Shown: piece by piece, positions 26,479 to 38,296 of the stretch
Position numbering within the stretch: the stretch's first letter is position 1
Layout: every line of letters begins with the position of its first letter
DNA from: Mayamaea pseudoterrestris
Taxonomy: Eukaryota
Reading direction: 5' to 3'
Assembly (NCBI GenBank): GCA_027923505.1
Contig: BROI01000013.1
Span: 1 to 64,000 of the forward strand
Length of the DNA: 64,000 bases
The notes under the pieces: generated by a model
What the model was told of the DNA's origin: nothing
The model's input: only the letters and a program-made list of their open reading frames with translations
The model's database searches: none
Made by a program: the position numbers and the translations under genes

Positions 26479-29400
26479 TCATATACCTGTCATGTGCCCA
26501 ACCAGCAACTCGTGCTCGTGGTGAGCCGACTCGAGCGCTTGCCGCTGCATTATTGCCTCGTTTAGAATCATTAAAGGGCCCTCTATGGCGTCATTGATGA
26601 CGGGCGGAACAATGGCAGTGTTGCGCGAACGAGTCGACATGCCTCCGTGGGTTCGACAGAGCTGCATGCGTCCAATGGCAACGCGATTGCAGCCGTCCAA
26701 TTTACATCGGACGCCGCCCCCGTGCTTCGCGCAGAACTGTGTACGTCCACGGGCTACCCGTTCACAACCGTCTTTAGCGCATTTTTTGCCACCGCCATGG
26801 TTGACACAAAAATTGGTCGATGACTGAGCTGATTTCTCGCAGCCGTCAATGGCGCAGCGACGACCACCACCATGCGCAGTACAAAGGTCTGAACCACCAA
26901 CAGCCGATTTGGTGCACCCGCCATGGCTGCATCGCTTGCCTCCACCATGCGCCGCGCAGAAAAACTTGTCGCGAGCGCCTTTGTCGCACCCAGGGATCGT
27001 GCATCGCCGGCCGCCTCCATGAGCGATGCAAAACCGAGTGGAGCCTTGCGCACACTTTCCGCAGCCCCCATGCTCGCACTGTCGACTACCGATGTGGTGC
27101 TCGCAATACGGACGACGTGCCACAGCAAGAACGCTGCAGCCGACGATGCGACAAATGCTGGTGTTGTCGAAGTTGCCATCATATGCTTCAGCGTTTCCAG
27201 TTTCTCGACAAACATTTTGAGGTGACAGACAGAACGAGATCGCAACGTCCTCGTTCACTGAATCTGGATTTTTGCGATTGATATCGCCATTCGAACGAGC
27301 CGGTGGCCCCGAAGCTTGCATTTCCCAACTGATGTGGTACTGTTGGTTTGGATCCAGGGGGTTTGGCTCCAGCGAGACGTTCGGATGTAGGATTGGTACT
27401 TGCCCCGAATCAGTCTGGACAATCGTACAATTCGACAAGGTGCTTCGCTGGCTGCAAGCGTATGGTGACTCGAATCGAGAGCTCATTGACGGCACGATCG
27501 ATTTCGGAAGGCCGCGTGGTCGCTGCAAAGGCTGCCCAATGCTGCCACTGAGAGCCGTGGGCAATAATTGCTGGCGCTTGGCAGAAGGAGACCTCGAGAT
27601 TAAATTGCAACCACGCTGAAAATCGCGAGCGTGTCGAAGAGCTTGTGCCATGTGTTTCTGCACCACTTCCGCTTGTAGTGGTTCGCTCATGTCATTGCTC
27701 GGTAGCTGCAATGGAACGTCAATCGTTTCACCGCTAGGTAATTGAATGCGGTGCAGTCCATTTGCGAGGAGGGTTGTTTCTGCGTGTTGTACCAATTCGT
27801 CAGCCGTGTGATGATGTGGTCGCTTTTTGGACATAAAATGCTGCTGCATCTCCACGTCGGCCGCCATTTCTCCAAGGTCGGCTGGAGCTACGTCCAAAAA
27901 AATGTTCTGATCGAAGCTTTCATGAAGTTCGATACCATCTATACCCTGCCACAAAAGACTCAATGCCTGTTGCACAAATTTTAAAACAAAGGGTATCGAG
28001 CTAGTTTGTACAAGCGAGTAGCATGCCACCACGCAAGCTGGGGTCAAGCTTCCCTTGGCAAAGACTGGAACAGCCAAGATTGTTTTAATGTTCGATTGCT
28101 CAAAGACATTGAATCGTGCCGCATCTGTAAAGATGTTTGGATCTGTGCTCCACACTGGGTTCCCCGACGCGTACGCTCGTCCAACTGCTCCTGTCCAAAA
28201 TTTAATGAGCGCATGTACCGAGATGGCTCTTAACTCGTTCAAACAGCCGGCGTTGACTGTGCTCACGGATGACATTACATATCGAAGGCAGTCGGGAAAT
28301 CCATTTTCGGTCGCTGGGATCCAAACGTCGGCATAGTCAAAGACCGACATTTCTAAAAAGGCTTCGCAAAACTCTCCAAGTCTGTCTTTCCGTTCGTTGG
28401 ACATGAAAGGACTTGGTGGCGGCAAAACGACCAGTAAGGACGCATCAGCTCTAACAGTTTCGTCTGGCTCGTTCGCCTCGCTGGCCTCGCTGGGGTCCGT
28501 CTCAGGCAATGTATCGCCAATAGATTCCATAATGGTCGACCATATTCCATATGACGCTTCATCAAAGACGTCAAATCCTTCATCAGATGCTGCAGCGCTT
28601 TCCTGTCCCAACCCATCGAAATACGCATAGTCATTGCGTTTACTACTTGCTCCAAAATCAGCCAAAATTTGATTGTGACGCTCATCGAGAGTGACAAATC
28701 GTGCAACGACGCCTTCTCCAAGCACCGATGGAGGCATTTGGATGAGCTGGTGTTCCTGGTCAGCATTAATTTGACCATGTTGTTGCATTGTTTGAATGAT
28801 GCCAGGTTGCAGTACGGGATACGTTGTTCGCGAGTCAAAAACGGGCAAGAGACACGGAATATTGGAGGACGTTGCACTCTGGCTGATGCTTTGCAAATAA
28901 AGCATCGCCTCGTCAGATGACTGAATGTTGTTTGGTGAAAACATGACGACAATGCACATGTTTCCGTCCTCGTCTACAGCAACGGGCATACCGACAGCCG
29001 TCTGCAGGCGAATGTCGGATCGGCCTGTCAGTCCTTCCTGCTTCTTGGTAGTTGCCCAGATGACTTGGGTCGTTCTTGAGATGGCGTCGACGAGACGAGG
29101 ACTGAGAACATGTTCGTTTAACGTTTCAGAAGCGTCTGGTCGCTGCTGCGAATCGCTCTCATCCTCCGATGGCGGGGGATTGACAAGCTCAGCGCGTCGA
29201 TTTTCGTAGGACCTTGACGTGTAAAGCTGGACAAAACGCAATGTTTTGCTCTTCTCTTGATTCGCTCGGTGATCTTCCTCTGCAGAAGACGATCAATGGC
29301 GGTGATTGGTGAGCAAAAGCAGAAACAAAGTCCTGACGTAAACGTCTAATTAAATAAGCTGTCAGCTACTACTGTAAGTATTGCACTAGTAGTACTGTAA

Positions 29401-29622
29401 CCTGAATATTCCTACCGGTAAGCGGAGAAACCCTCAAATGCCGGCGTCTGTGGCGGCACGGAACATTACACAAGCATCATAACGTCATGCAGCTGCTTGC
29501 TTACCAATCGATGCCATGGAAGAAGACCCATTCTCGTCGGACGTCCACCAGACCTCTCCGATATCAAAACCAAGTCCCGCACATGCTGCCTGCAGATAGG
29601 CATGCACGCGATCTGGGTCCAT
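26479..29622 (-). CDS. Putative transcription regulator: NIN/NLP-like GAF-type regions plus C-terminal C-x4-C-x10/11-C-x2-HGG zinc-finger repeats; intron 29280-29504
   Basis: Exon 1 MDPDRVHAYLQAACAGLGFDIGEVW splices in frame; GAVGRAYASGNPVW and TILAVPVF; about 7 tandem C..GC.K.A.G...FC.AHGGG repeats. Confidence 0.8.
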
Positions 29623-29887
29623 GGCGGCTTGGCAAGTGCAATCAAATCTCGCTGTGCTGCTTGTCTGTGAACTGTGAACCCGACGGAGAAAATGGAGGAA
29701 GCGCGTGGATCCGCTGATGGAATCGTGCGAAATTTGACTATACGCTTGAAAGTTCAAAGGGTTAGCGCGAATGTCCTTGCCACGTAGCTTGCGGTACTCA
29801 TTCTGAAACGAATTTTTGTTCATCGACTGCATGGAAGTAACTCCTATTATATACAATACAGATAGTATACCATTGCATCATATCATA

Positions 29888-31213
29888 ATGCCTCTAGCTG
29901 AAGAGGAGGATGTGAATGAACTGCTGGATCGACGTCGAGCGGAAATTGAAGTCATCTCAGCGGCGTTTGCGTCGGAAGAAGCGTGGGTCGAACTTTCCGC
30001 TATCGATTCGGCTCCTCGCATTTACAGACGTTTCATTGCCAAAGAAGAGGAACAATGTGCATGTTTTTTGGTGAAACTTGCGCTGCCAGATGAATATCCT
30101 GACTGCTCGCTCATTGTTGAGTCCGTACAGGTCGAAACTGGAGCAACTTTGTCGAGGTTTTTGAAGGCCGCTCATAGTGCTGCAGCATCTCTGCGACAAC
30201 TTATGCAGCAGGCTGCATTAGTAGCGATCGGAGGTGAAGCCATCTTTTCAGTCTTCTCTGTGGCCCAAGATTGGCTGGACGATCATTGGCTAAGCCACTT
30301 CACGCATAAAAGTCACACGTGGACCGAAACAGCAAACTCAGCTAACACACTTTACAGCAAAGCTACAGCTCCATGCAATCAACTGATCTTGGAACGCAGA
30401 TTCATTTACTCGCATCACATTATATCAAAGACCAAGCGATCAGATATCATTGATTTGGCACGATCGCAGCTCCGGTTAACTGGCTGTATGAAGATTGGCT
30501 GGCCTGGCATTTTGTTCATTGAAGGGTCAACGATAGATTGTCAAGCATTCTATGACATCATACGCCGCTGGCAGTGGCAGTACTTGGTGGAACGAGGACG
30601 AGAGCAAGAGACAGTGGAATGTGACAAGACAGAATTGAAGGCGAGGCGACGGTTTAAGGATTTCACTCAAGTGGATGACATGTCTTTGCTCGCCGAAGCT
30701 TGTCGCAATGTTGGATTGGACTCGCTGTTTCGATCTTGCTTAAACTTGACAGTCGCTGACGATCAGCAAAGTATAGAAGTTCATGAGCCACTTTACGGAG
30801 CCTTAATTCATGTCGACCACATGAATGACGCAAAGACATACCGAAAGTGGTTGCGCAATGCGTGTGAGCAGCGAGATGTAGCGCTGCTGATCAAGAATTG
30901 CTGTACTACGAATGGCCGCCTGATAATTTTCGTGGCTCTAGTCGGCCATAAATCAAATTTGATCGGTGTTTTGAAGCGGTGGCGGACGACCAAGGTTGAT
31001 GTTGATTCTCGCAATCGGCCGTGCTTTGAACGGATGATGACTGTCCTAGTGGAAGGAAGCCTTCCGCCAAGACGATCACTAGATCGATTGGATTGGGAGC
31101 GTACAAATAGCGACGCCCAATTGAGATTGAAAAGTGCCGAGGCATTGGCCATCGTCGAGTCGATTGGTGGGCAGGTATGGCGAGAGCGTCTGCGTAGCAT
31201 TCTCGGCGCATGA
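29888..31213 (+). CDS. RWD-domain protein with RWDD2-like and RWDD3-like C-terminal domains
   Basis: EIEVISAAF...LPDEYP; YSHHI...KIGWPGILFIEG; HVDHM...VDVDSRNRPCFERMM. Confidence 0.8.
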   Translation: MPLAEEEDVNELLDRRRAEIEVISAAFASEEAWVELSAIDSAPRIYRRFIAKEEEQCACFLVKLALPDEYPDCSLIVESVQVETGATLSRFLKAAHSAAASLRQLMQQAALVAIGGEAIFSVFSVAQDWLDDHWLSHFTHKSHTWTETANSANTLYSKATAPCNQLILERRFIYSHHIISKTKRSDIIDLARSQLRLTGCMKIGWPGILFIEGSTIDCQAFYDIIRRWQWQYLVERGREQETVECDKTELKARRRFKDFTQVDDMSLLAEACRNVGLDSLFRSCLNLTVADDQQSIEVHEPLYGALIHVDHMNDAKTYRKWLRNACEQRDVALLIKNCCTTNGRLIIFVALVGHKSNLIGVLKRWRTTKVDVDSRNRPCFERMMTVLVEGSLPPRRSLDRLDWERTNSDAQLRLKSAEALAIVESIGGQVWRERLRSILGA

Positions 31214-31668
31214 GCAAAGCTGTTTACTAGTAAGTGCGCAATGTTTGCTCTTTGAAAGCTGGCGCGTTCTAATGCAGCTTTAACTGCGCCATTATTGCCC
31301 AAAGAATTGCAATGAACAATGACCGGATCGTTGTGCTTTCATATCAGGGGTAATGGGTAAATTAGCTTGAAGAGCTGCGCTGTGGGACATGACAGCGGTC
31401 TAATTGACAGTAGTTACCGGTTAGCGAATTAAGGCATGTGAGCGTGACAAGAAAGAAAAGTACATAGTAGTAGACTACCGGTTTCGTTCCATCTGGCCGC
31501 AGACCGAGTAACGGTGAGTCACGAAGTTCATTCGTCGCATCGCCGCGCTGATGGCGCGCCTCATTTTTCAAACCGAACCGCGCGGACAGGCGGAAGGCTT
31601 CGATTGACCGAGTGTCGTGACGAAACGTTCATCGCATCGAAGGGCGGCGACGGCGCACAACTTTTACC

Positions 31669-32448
31669 ATGACGGCGCCACGGAGTCCTCGATCGAGTCG
31701 ACGAAGGATCTCATCGGGTCGACAGAAGCAGCACAACAGACCAAAGGACAGTAATGGTAGTAGCTGGGGCTGCATGTCCTACATTTACCTTTGCCTCGCC
31801 ATTGCCGCCATTGTCATTTCGCTTTCGCTGCAGAAGTGGTTGAGTGCATATACGGAAACGTCGCAGCAGTTGTCGCAGTCAAGCAATAGCAACAACAAAT
31901 TCAGTGCGGCAGCGAGCAGTACAAGTAGCAATAAGCTCCGAGGATCGTCAAAGTCAAACTCCAAGGAAGACAGCCCAGCCAGTAATGGTGTCGGATTTGA
32001 ACCGAATCCATCCGTTGCAAGAAACGGATCTGCTGGTGACGGCGACTCATTTTCCGAGAAGGATGTATCAAAGGACCATGGCTCGGACGATGAAGACGAC
32101 GATGGCACGGACGCAGCGGAGGATGAAGAGGAAGGTTCGGCCGGCGATGAAGAAGACGATGATGCAGCGGAAGACGGTGACACAGAAAATACGAATGACG
32201 AGTCAGGAGAAGATGCCTCGCGCGATGGAGCCGAGAAGAAGGATTCAAGCGACGAGGAGCAGCTTGCTAACGACCAGACGGCCAAAACGGTGGGTGACAA
32301 GGACAGTCAAGATGAATCAGAGGAGCAAGAGTCAGTCAAGGAAGAGGCCAATGATGAAGATGACGAGTCTGCTGATGAGAAAGAAGGACAGGTATTAAAG
32401 GACGAGCAAGGCGACAATGACGATGACGACAAAGCTGTAACCGAATAA
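31669..32448 (+). CDS. Single-pass membrane protein with a long acidic low-complexity tail
   Basis: 259-aa ORF with basic N-terminus, TM YLCLAIAAIVISLSL and Asp/Glu-rich C-terminus. Confidence 0.75.
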   Translation: MTAPRSPRSSRRRISSGRQKQHNRPKDSNGSSWGCMSYIYLCLAIAAIVISLSLQKWLSAYTETSQQLSQSSNSNNKFSAAASSTSSNKLRGSSKSNSKEDSPASNGVGFEPNPSVARNGSAGDGDSFSEKDVSKDHGSDDEDDDGTDAAEDEEEGSAGDEEDDDAAEDGDTENTNDESGEDASRDGAEKKDSSDEEQLANDQTAKTVGDKDSQDESEEQESVKEEANDEDDESADEKEGQVLKDEQGDNDDDDKAVTE

Positions 32449-32458
32449 CGTGTTTGTT

Positions 32459-33262
32459 CTAATTTCGAATGATACTTTGCTGAGGTAGCAGGATCAGATC
32501 TATGGGTCGATCGTGCGCATTGATAGGAATAGTCATTTCATCACTTAATAATTGACATTGTAGTCCCACTGCAATGAGGCGAGGATGCTTGACATTGGGC
32601 GCCAGCATACGTGAAATGAACCGATCGTAATACCCCTTGCCTTGTCCCAAGCGGTTGCCAAAGGCGTCAAAGGCAAGTCCAGGAACAATCAAAACATCCA
32701 AGTCGCCAGGTGCAGCTGCTTGCAAGAGACTATCTGGCGGTGGCTCGGGTATACCCCACTTGTTTCGTGGCCACGCACTGTGAAAGAGTGTCTTGTCGGC
32801 AAAGGTACCTGTCGTCAGACTAGTCTCCTTAATCCCTGTCGTTTCCACTCGGACCAATTCCATTTCACTCTTTTCAAAGTTCCTTCCAACCTGTGGGACG
32901 TAAATGTGCTTTCCTTCCTGTGAGGCATTAAGTAAAAGTGAATCCGTCAAAATCTCGCCTTGTGGCATGGAGAGAAAGACGCCTATAGAGCGAGCCGTTT
33001 TGTAATCTTCGAGTTGAAAAAGACGATCCCAAACCAGCTGACTCTCCTTTCTTAACTCTTCTGCTGACATGTCGGATAACTTGGAGCGAATCTGCTTGCG
33101 CAAAATCTTTTTGAGCTCGACGGAATCTCGAGGAGAAGCATTGGTGGCTTGTTGTTCGTTGACATGGTTGTTTAAACACATTCTGAGTGAACGCTGACTG
33201 TAAAGATAATAGCTCTGGCTGGAATAGGCGCTTGAAAGGCAAATTTGGCGAAACAAGAGCAT
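32459..33262 (-). CDS. MTHFS: 5-formyltetrahydrofolate cyclo-ligase
   Basis: KKILRKQIR, FLSMP.GEI.T, NKWGIPEP, DVLIVPGLAFD..GNRLGQGKGYYDRF and HD. Start codon uncertain. Confidence 0.92.
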   Translation of the reverse strand: MLLFRQICLSSAYSSQSYYLYSQRSLRMCLNNHVNEQQATNASPRDSVELKKILRKQIRSKLSDMSAEELRKESQLVWDRLFQLEDYKTARSIGVFLSMPQGEILTDSLLLNASQEGKHIYVPQVGRNFEKSEMELVRVETTGIKETSLTTGTFADKTLFHSAWPRNKWGIPEPPPDSLLQAAAPGDLDVLIVPGLAFDAFGNRLGQGKGYYDRFISRMLAPNVKHPRLIAVGLQCQLLSDEMTIPINAHDRPIDLILLPQQSIIRN

Positions 33263-33642
33263 GGACAAGGTAAGGTGGGTGTGCGCTCGTTACGAAAGCA
33301 TGGTGGCAGCGCGGTGGCATGTCTTGGTTTTGGCCGCGGCGGCAGCAGTTGAACGCATCCTGCGAACCACGACTGCGCTTTCTGCTCGTGACTCCTTGAC
33401 TGCCAATCAAAACTCCGGAAGTAGACTGGGCCTAATTTATTCTGAAAACTCATTTACGAAAGCCAATCATGATGCGTGAAAAAATGTCCGTCAGACTAAA
33501 ATGTCCATGAAAAGTTGTAACAGTGCGACAATGACTGACGGTCGATGAATCAATCAAGTTTTTCGTCCGCTCATTTTTTAATGATGATGCTTTTGCCGAG
33601 CGTCTTCCAAAACTCCATCGCTGCTCGATAAAAGTAAGCAGC

Positions 33643-34431
33643 ATGAGTGGAAGCAACATGTATGGATACTCCGACTATCATGGTCCGAAATATTTAAGAT
33701 TGAATGGTGCAGTGGTCGAAACAGCATCCATTACCGGTAGCCCTCGTAGCAGCTGCGACACGGATGATCAACTTGAGGAAAACCATAATCCTCTTCAGGT
33801 TGGATTTTGGATGGAAGGGGACTCTCTCGCTCCACCCTGTGGCTCTTCAATATCCACCATTCATGCCTTGCTGCAGTTCGCCAACGTTACCAGTGACGAT
33901 ATTCTCTATGATTTGGGATGCGGCGACGCGCGTATCTGTTTGGAAGCTTTTGCGCTGCATAGATGCCAAACCTTTGGAGTCGAAATTGAAGACGACTTGG
34001 TTCAGCGTGCGAATACCCTAATTGGAAATCTTGCGAGTCAAGTCAATGAAGACCAGCGACAAGGAATTCCTCGCGTGCTGAAGTGTGACTTGCGAGACGT
34101 CTTGCATGCGCTTGTAACGAAGGCTAAAGACGTCTTTGGTTGTCCTACTGACATGCCGAATGACGAGCCATTATCTAACGAAGCGGACGTGCTAACAGAA
34201 CTAACTGAGCTTCGATTGCCAACATTACTTGTCATGTACCTACTACCAGATGCCATCGATTTGATCCGAGACGATCTGATCTTATTGCTCAAGCTATTGC
34301 CAAGCACCTTTCGAATCCTTTGCAATACCTGGGGCATCAAGTCGCTACAAAAGACGAATTCGATTGAGATTCAGGAAGTTTCGTCGGCGTTGACGTCCCT
34401 CATGTTATATACGAGGCAAAGTTTGGAGTGA
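33643..34431 (+). CDS. Class I SAM-dependent methyltransferase (FAM173/DOT1-like fold)
   Basis: SLAPP; DILYDLGCGDARI; GVEI; MYLLP. Confidence 0.82.
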   Translation: MSGSNMYGYSDYHGPKYLRLNGAVVETASITGSPRSSCDTDDQLEENHNPLQVGFWMEGDSLAPPCGSSISTIHALLQFANVTSDDILYDLGCGDARICLEAFALHRCQTFGVEIEDDLVQRANTLIGNLASQVNEDQRQGIPRVLKCDLRDVLHALVTKAKDVFGCPTDMPNDEPLSNEADVLTELTELRLPTLLVMYLLPDAIDLIRDDLILLLKLLPSTFRILCNTWGIKSLQKTNSIEIQEVSSALTSLMLYTRQSLE

Positions 34432-34482
34432 ATGGCTGTATATTGTTTTAAACGACCAGGAGCAGGCTAATGTGGGTTGCGA

Positions 34483-35304
34483 CTATCGTGCACCTACTAT
34501 TGCGTCGGTTGAGCACATTGATCGAGCTACGTTAGAAGCTATGTCACCATCTGAAACAGTTCGCTGCGATGCCTTGCCATTACGTACTAGCTTTTGATAG
34601 TCCATCAATATTGTCCTGTGGTCGGCAAAGTACTCATACTTGTCGACTTCGTCCAAATGTATCCGCATTACATCCTTGACATCGTCGGCTGCTTTTGGTT
34701 GCTCGGATCCGTCAAGATGGACGACGTAGACGACGGAAACCGTGTGCCGTCGATTGTCGCGTCGGGGATCCGAGTAGACCCCGAACAGATTTGGAATGAC
34801 TTCGAACAATTCGACATCAATACCCGTCTCCTCCTTTAGTTCTCGCTTGACAGCATGTTCAACTGTCTCTCCAACCATGACGAATCCGCCCATGGTTGCC
34901 AACTGCCCAGTATCCTTGCGCCGAACAACCCAAACGTGATCGCTTCCTGATGCAATGATTAAATCGATTGCCAGGCTTGGAGTACACATGCAGTAGTCGT
35001 CATATCTACTGCATACGCACGTTCCAGCTTGAGAGGCTGCCGGATGTCCTCCGTTCCACTGCAATGTTTCGCTTTGAAGATTGTTGCCAGTGATCGAGCA
35101 GTAGCTGGTGATGAAGGATCGGTGAACAGCAGGGAGAAACCAGGCAGCATTGGACAACAAGAAAATAAAAATCCATCGTTTCTTTACCCATCCAGACACT
35201 GGGAGTCGCTGGAAGCCGGTACCTTTGTACCTGGACATCAAAGCTCTTTGATCACTCGTTTTGTTGTCCGTTTGTTGGAGAAGTCGAAGAAAGATCGTTG
35301 CCAT
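34483..35304 (-). CDS. Nudix hydrolase with an N-terminal TM segment
   Basis: Nudix box GGFVMVGETVEHAVKRELKEETG; YSDPRRD.R.H; AADD; FADH. Confidence 0.9.
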   Translation of the reverse strand: MATIFLRLLQQTDNKTSDQRALMSRYKGTGFQRLPVSGWVKKRWIFIFLLSNAAWFLPAVHRSFITSYCSITGNNLQSETLQWNGGHPAASQAGTCVCSRYDDYCMCTPSLAIDLIIASGSDHVWVVRRKDTGQLATMGGFVMVGETVEHAVKRELKEETGIDVELFEVIPNLFGVYSDPRRDNRRHTVSVVYVVHLDGSEQPKAADDVKDVMRIHLDEVDKYEYFADHRTILMDYQKLVRNGKASQRTVSDGDIASNVARSMCSTDAIVGAR

Positions 35305-35366
35305 CACCGGTAAGACACTACTCTTGAATTATCTATGTAAGTAAAAATGATAAAATTGCGACCATA

Positions 35367-35438
35367 GTTGGGTTGGTCTAGCGGTAGGACGTTTCCTTCA
35401 CACGGAAAAGATCGCGGGTTCGATCCCCGCACTCAATA
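35367..35438 (+). tRNA. tRNA-Val(CAC)
   Basis: Acceptor stem GTTGGGT/ACTCAAT; D arm TGGTCTAGCGGTAGGAC; anticodon arm TTTCC-TTCACAC-GGAAA; T arm GCGGG-TTCGATC-CCCGC; followed by TTTT. Confidence 0.93.
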
Positions 35439-35794
35439 TTTTGTCTCGGAAATCCGCACGGGCAGACTGTTGCCTACAAGGAGGGACGAGCGGAGGCGCT
35501 GTTTTCTACCATTTTACAGTATCATAAGCAAATACTTTCGTCTTTTATGAATACTGTAATGGGCCTCTACGAATTCGTGGTCATACCGAACATCGCTGCA
35601 GAACGGACCGCTACGTAAACTCATGGGGAATATCGCAGGCTCTCGGTGGGTTAAACGTCAAAGCCGCGATATATGAAAAGAATATGGTTTGCATAAAGAT
35701 ATGTATGTCTTAAGGAACGACTTTGCGGAGTCGATTTCACGCACGTATCAAAAAAGTACGCCAAAACGCAAAAAAGCTGCCTCGCGCAGAAAAG

Positions 35795-38296
35795 CTAATG
35801 ATCGCCATTCGGAATAGATCCATTGCTGCCATTAGGAATTCTCCAATCAACAATCAAACGGCTCCACTTGTCGTCCAGAAGTTCTGCGACCTCCTCCTCG
35901 CAGCCCTTCAATCGCTGACGAATGTACTCGGCCAGCCTTGGTGCTAAAGGTAAGCCCACTGAGTCTAAATTCTGTGTTGCATACATGAACGCTTTATCAA
36001 TACATTGGGCCGCAATGTCAATGGCGTGCCTTCTATCCTTCGACCCACCGTCTTCTTCGCCCACCACTCGAGGTTTCCTCGCACCATCACGTGGGGGTGG
36101 GCTTAGCGCAAGGTTGGCTAATATGCGAGCCCCTCCGAAGGCAGAGGCAAACTTAGAAAGCTCAGAATCGCACCACAAAACCACAGACGCAACAGCGCCA
36201 GCAGGGGCAGTTTTTGTCGTATGCGAGTGCAACGACGATCCAGCAATGCTATCTGTGTCAAGATCATGTCCTTTGTCGTCCGAGGAAGCCTTGTACATGG
36301 ATGTACTGCTGTCCATGAACAAATCCAAGAATCCCTCTACGGACAGAGCAAGGCAAGAAAAGAACGACTGGCTCAATTGGGCAGCGTAAATAACCAAATC
36401 AACCGATCCTGCACCCGATATTGGTCGCTCATTGAGCGCCTCCAGTAATAAGAGGGAACGTCTCGCCGCATATTGTTCCGCAGCCGTCTGATTGCGCCCC
36501 ACTTTGACCAAAAGCTGGAGGTACAGTGCATCGTCATCCAGTGCGCAAGGCGAAACGACAGTCACTGTTGCGTTTGGGTCCGTTCGTTCGCGCTTGGATG
36601 CTTGTCGGAGTGCCTCGTTCTTTCTCCGAAGGGTCTCCTCCAAGCGGTTGCCAATACGTCGGGCCATGACGTCCAAAGTGCGTCGCAGTCGATGCAAATC
36701 AAGCACCTGCTGTTGTGATAAGCGATATGGCGTTGGTCGCTCATGTCTATCCACAAGGTCCAAAACTTCCGCCTTGGCTTTGACTTGCAGGTCAATCGCA
36801 TCATTGTATCTGGCTTCTCGCACCAATGCACCAATTTCGTCTGTAACATCATCCAGCCAGTTTGGAATGTCTATCGGAGGAGCATCGTCGACCGTCACCG
36901 TCTCATCCAACGTTTTCTGCGTTGAAGCCTCCCGATTCTTCTCTAGTTCATCAAACACGTCGTCAAACAAGGCATCTGCGAGCTTCGTTTCCTTGTCAGT
37001 GCCGTGGTTGAATAGACTATTATTCTCACTCCCATCGTGTTCATCCAAGACATGTCCGTCAGATACTTGCGTATAGTCAAGTTCGTACGTGGCGAGTGCC
37101 CCCGAGAAATCAATTTCCTTCATTTCTCTAATGGTCTCCACTTGTGTTTCAATAAGCTGTTTAAGCGCTGTAACTTCGCGTCCCATTGTGGTCATTTCTC
37201 CACTTGCTTGTACAAAGTATTCGTATTGCTCTAAAACAGCTCCTTTCAAACTCTTTTTCATTTCAGCCTGTATCTGCTCCATAGCTTGGCACTTGTTGTT
37301 GGTTTCAAAGTCGCCATGTATCTGTAGAAAATTGTCGAGCCACTCCGTTTCTAAAAAGTTGGGTGCGGCAAACTCTGAAATTGCCTGAACAACTTCAATG
37401 TCGTCAGAAGCGTCGTATTGTTGCTGTTGGTGTTGAGTTGTTCGTTGCTGCTTGCTGGACGAGAAAAGAGATTGCTTCTTACTGGATCCGCCTCGCGCCG
37501 ATGCCTTGGCAAGTGACTCTTTGGTGCTCGTTGCACCTTCCTTCTGCAGATCAACACCTGCATCATCCTTCATAGATGTTGTTGCCGATATGGACAACTG
37601 TTGCGCATTATCCTTTATCATTGCCTTGGAAGTACTTTCGTCGACCCTCTTGATATTGTTGTTGCTCGCCGCGGACGCTCGTCCATTAGTACTGGTCGTT
37701 GCGCTCGTACTTGTGAACCCAGCGCGAAGAAGCGTCGGTTTGGAAACACTTGCTCGCTCCCTCAAAGCCTGCGCCCACTTTTCTCGCTGTCCGAGCGACT
37801 GCGTCACTAGAAACACGGGTGGCCTGACTTCCGTGTCTTCATTGGGAGTGTGTAAAACAACCAGTTCGTACCCCGTCCTGGCATCAGTATGCGCATGCTC
37901 CCGAAAGACGCGACGGCCACCGGGAGGAAAAGTCACTTGAACATGTTCCAGTGGTACCGCTCCAACAGGTGGTCCATGAAATGTCGCTCGTCCAGCCGAT
38001 TCGTGGTCGACATCGTCTGGTTCAAAGTAGAAGAGATAGCCGCCTCGCATGCAAAAGTGGTAGATTGGAAATCTGATGGCATCCCCATTCAAAACATCTT
38101 CACCCAGCATAAGAGGACCATCCTGCGGCGGTTCACTGGCTATGTCAAAGTCCATGACGCGTAGAATATCCTCTGGGTCAAAAGTACGAATGTGTCCAGC
38201 CGAGGAAACTTGCGGCTGGTAGCGTCCTGGAAAGGAGGGATCTGGAATTGATGTTACTCGCTCTTCCTCGTAGCGAGGAGTATTTCTAGAGGTCAT
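35795..38296 (-). CDS. EXO84: Exocyst subunit Exo84/EXOC8-like (PH-like domain, Vps51/Exo84 N-terminal coiled region, helical C-terminus)
   Basis: PH-like MRGGYLFYF...QREKWAQAL; MKKSLKGAVLEQYEYFVQASGEM; LLVKVGRNQTAAEQY; VVLWCDSEL..F. Confidence 0.75.
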   Translation of the reverse strand: MTSRNTPRYEEERVTSIPDPSFPGRYQPQVSSAGHIRTFDPEDILRVMDFDIASEPPQDGPLMLGEDVLNGDAIRFPIYHFCMRGGYLFYFEPDDVDHESAGRATFHGPPVGAVPLEHVQVTFPPGGRRVFREHAHTDARTGYELVVLHTPNEDTEVRPPVFLVTQSLGQREKWAQALRERASVSKPTLLRAGFTSTSATTSTNGRASAASNNNIKRVDESTSKAMIKDNAQQLSISATTSMKDDAGVDLQKEGATSTKESLAKASARGGSSKKQSLFSSSKQQRTTQHQQQQYDASDDIEVVQAISEFAAPNFLETEWLDNFLQIHGDFETNNKCQAMEQIQAEMKKSLKGAVLEQYEYFVQASGEMTTMGREVTALKQLIETQVETIREMKEIDFSGALATYELDYTQVSDGHVLDEHDGSENNSLFNHGTDKETKLADALFDDVFDELEKNREASTQKTLDETVTVDDAPPIDIPNWLDDVTDEIGALVREARYNDAIDLQVKAKAEVLDLVDRHERPTPYRLSQQQVLDLHRLRRTLDVMARRIGNRLEETLRRKNEALRQASKRERTDPNATVTVVSPCALDDDALYLQLLVKVGRNQTAAEQYAARRSLLLLEALNERPISGAGSVDLVIYAAQLSQSFFSCLALSVEGFLDLFMDSSTSMYKASSDDKGHDLDTDSIAGSSLHSHTTKTAPAGAVASVVLWCDSELSKFASAFGGARILANLALSPPPRDGARKPRVVGEEDGGSKDRRHAIDIAAQCIDKAFMYATQNLDSVGLPLAPRLAEYIRQRLKGCEEEVAELLDDKWSRLIVDWRIPNGSNGSIPNGDH

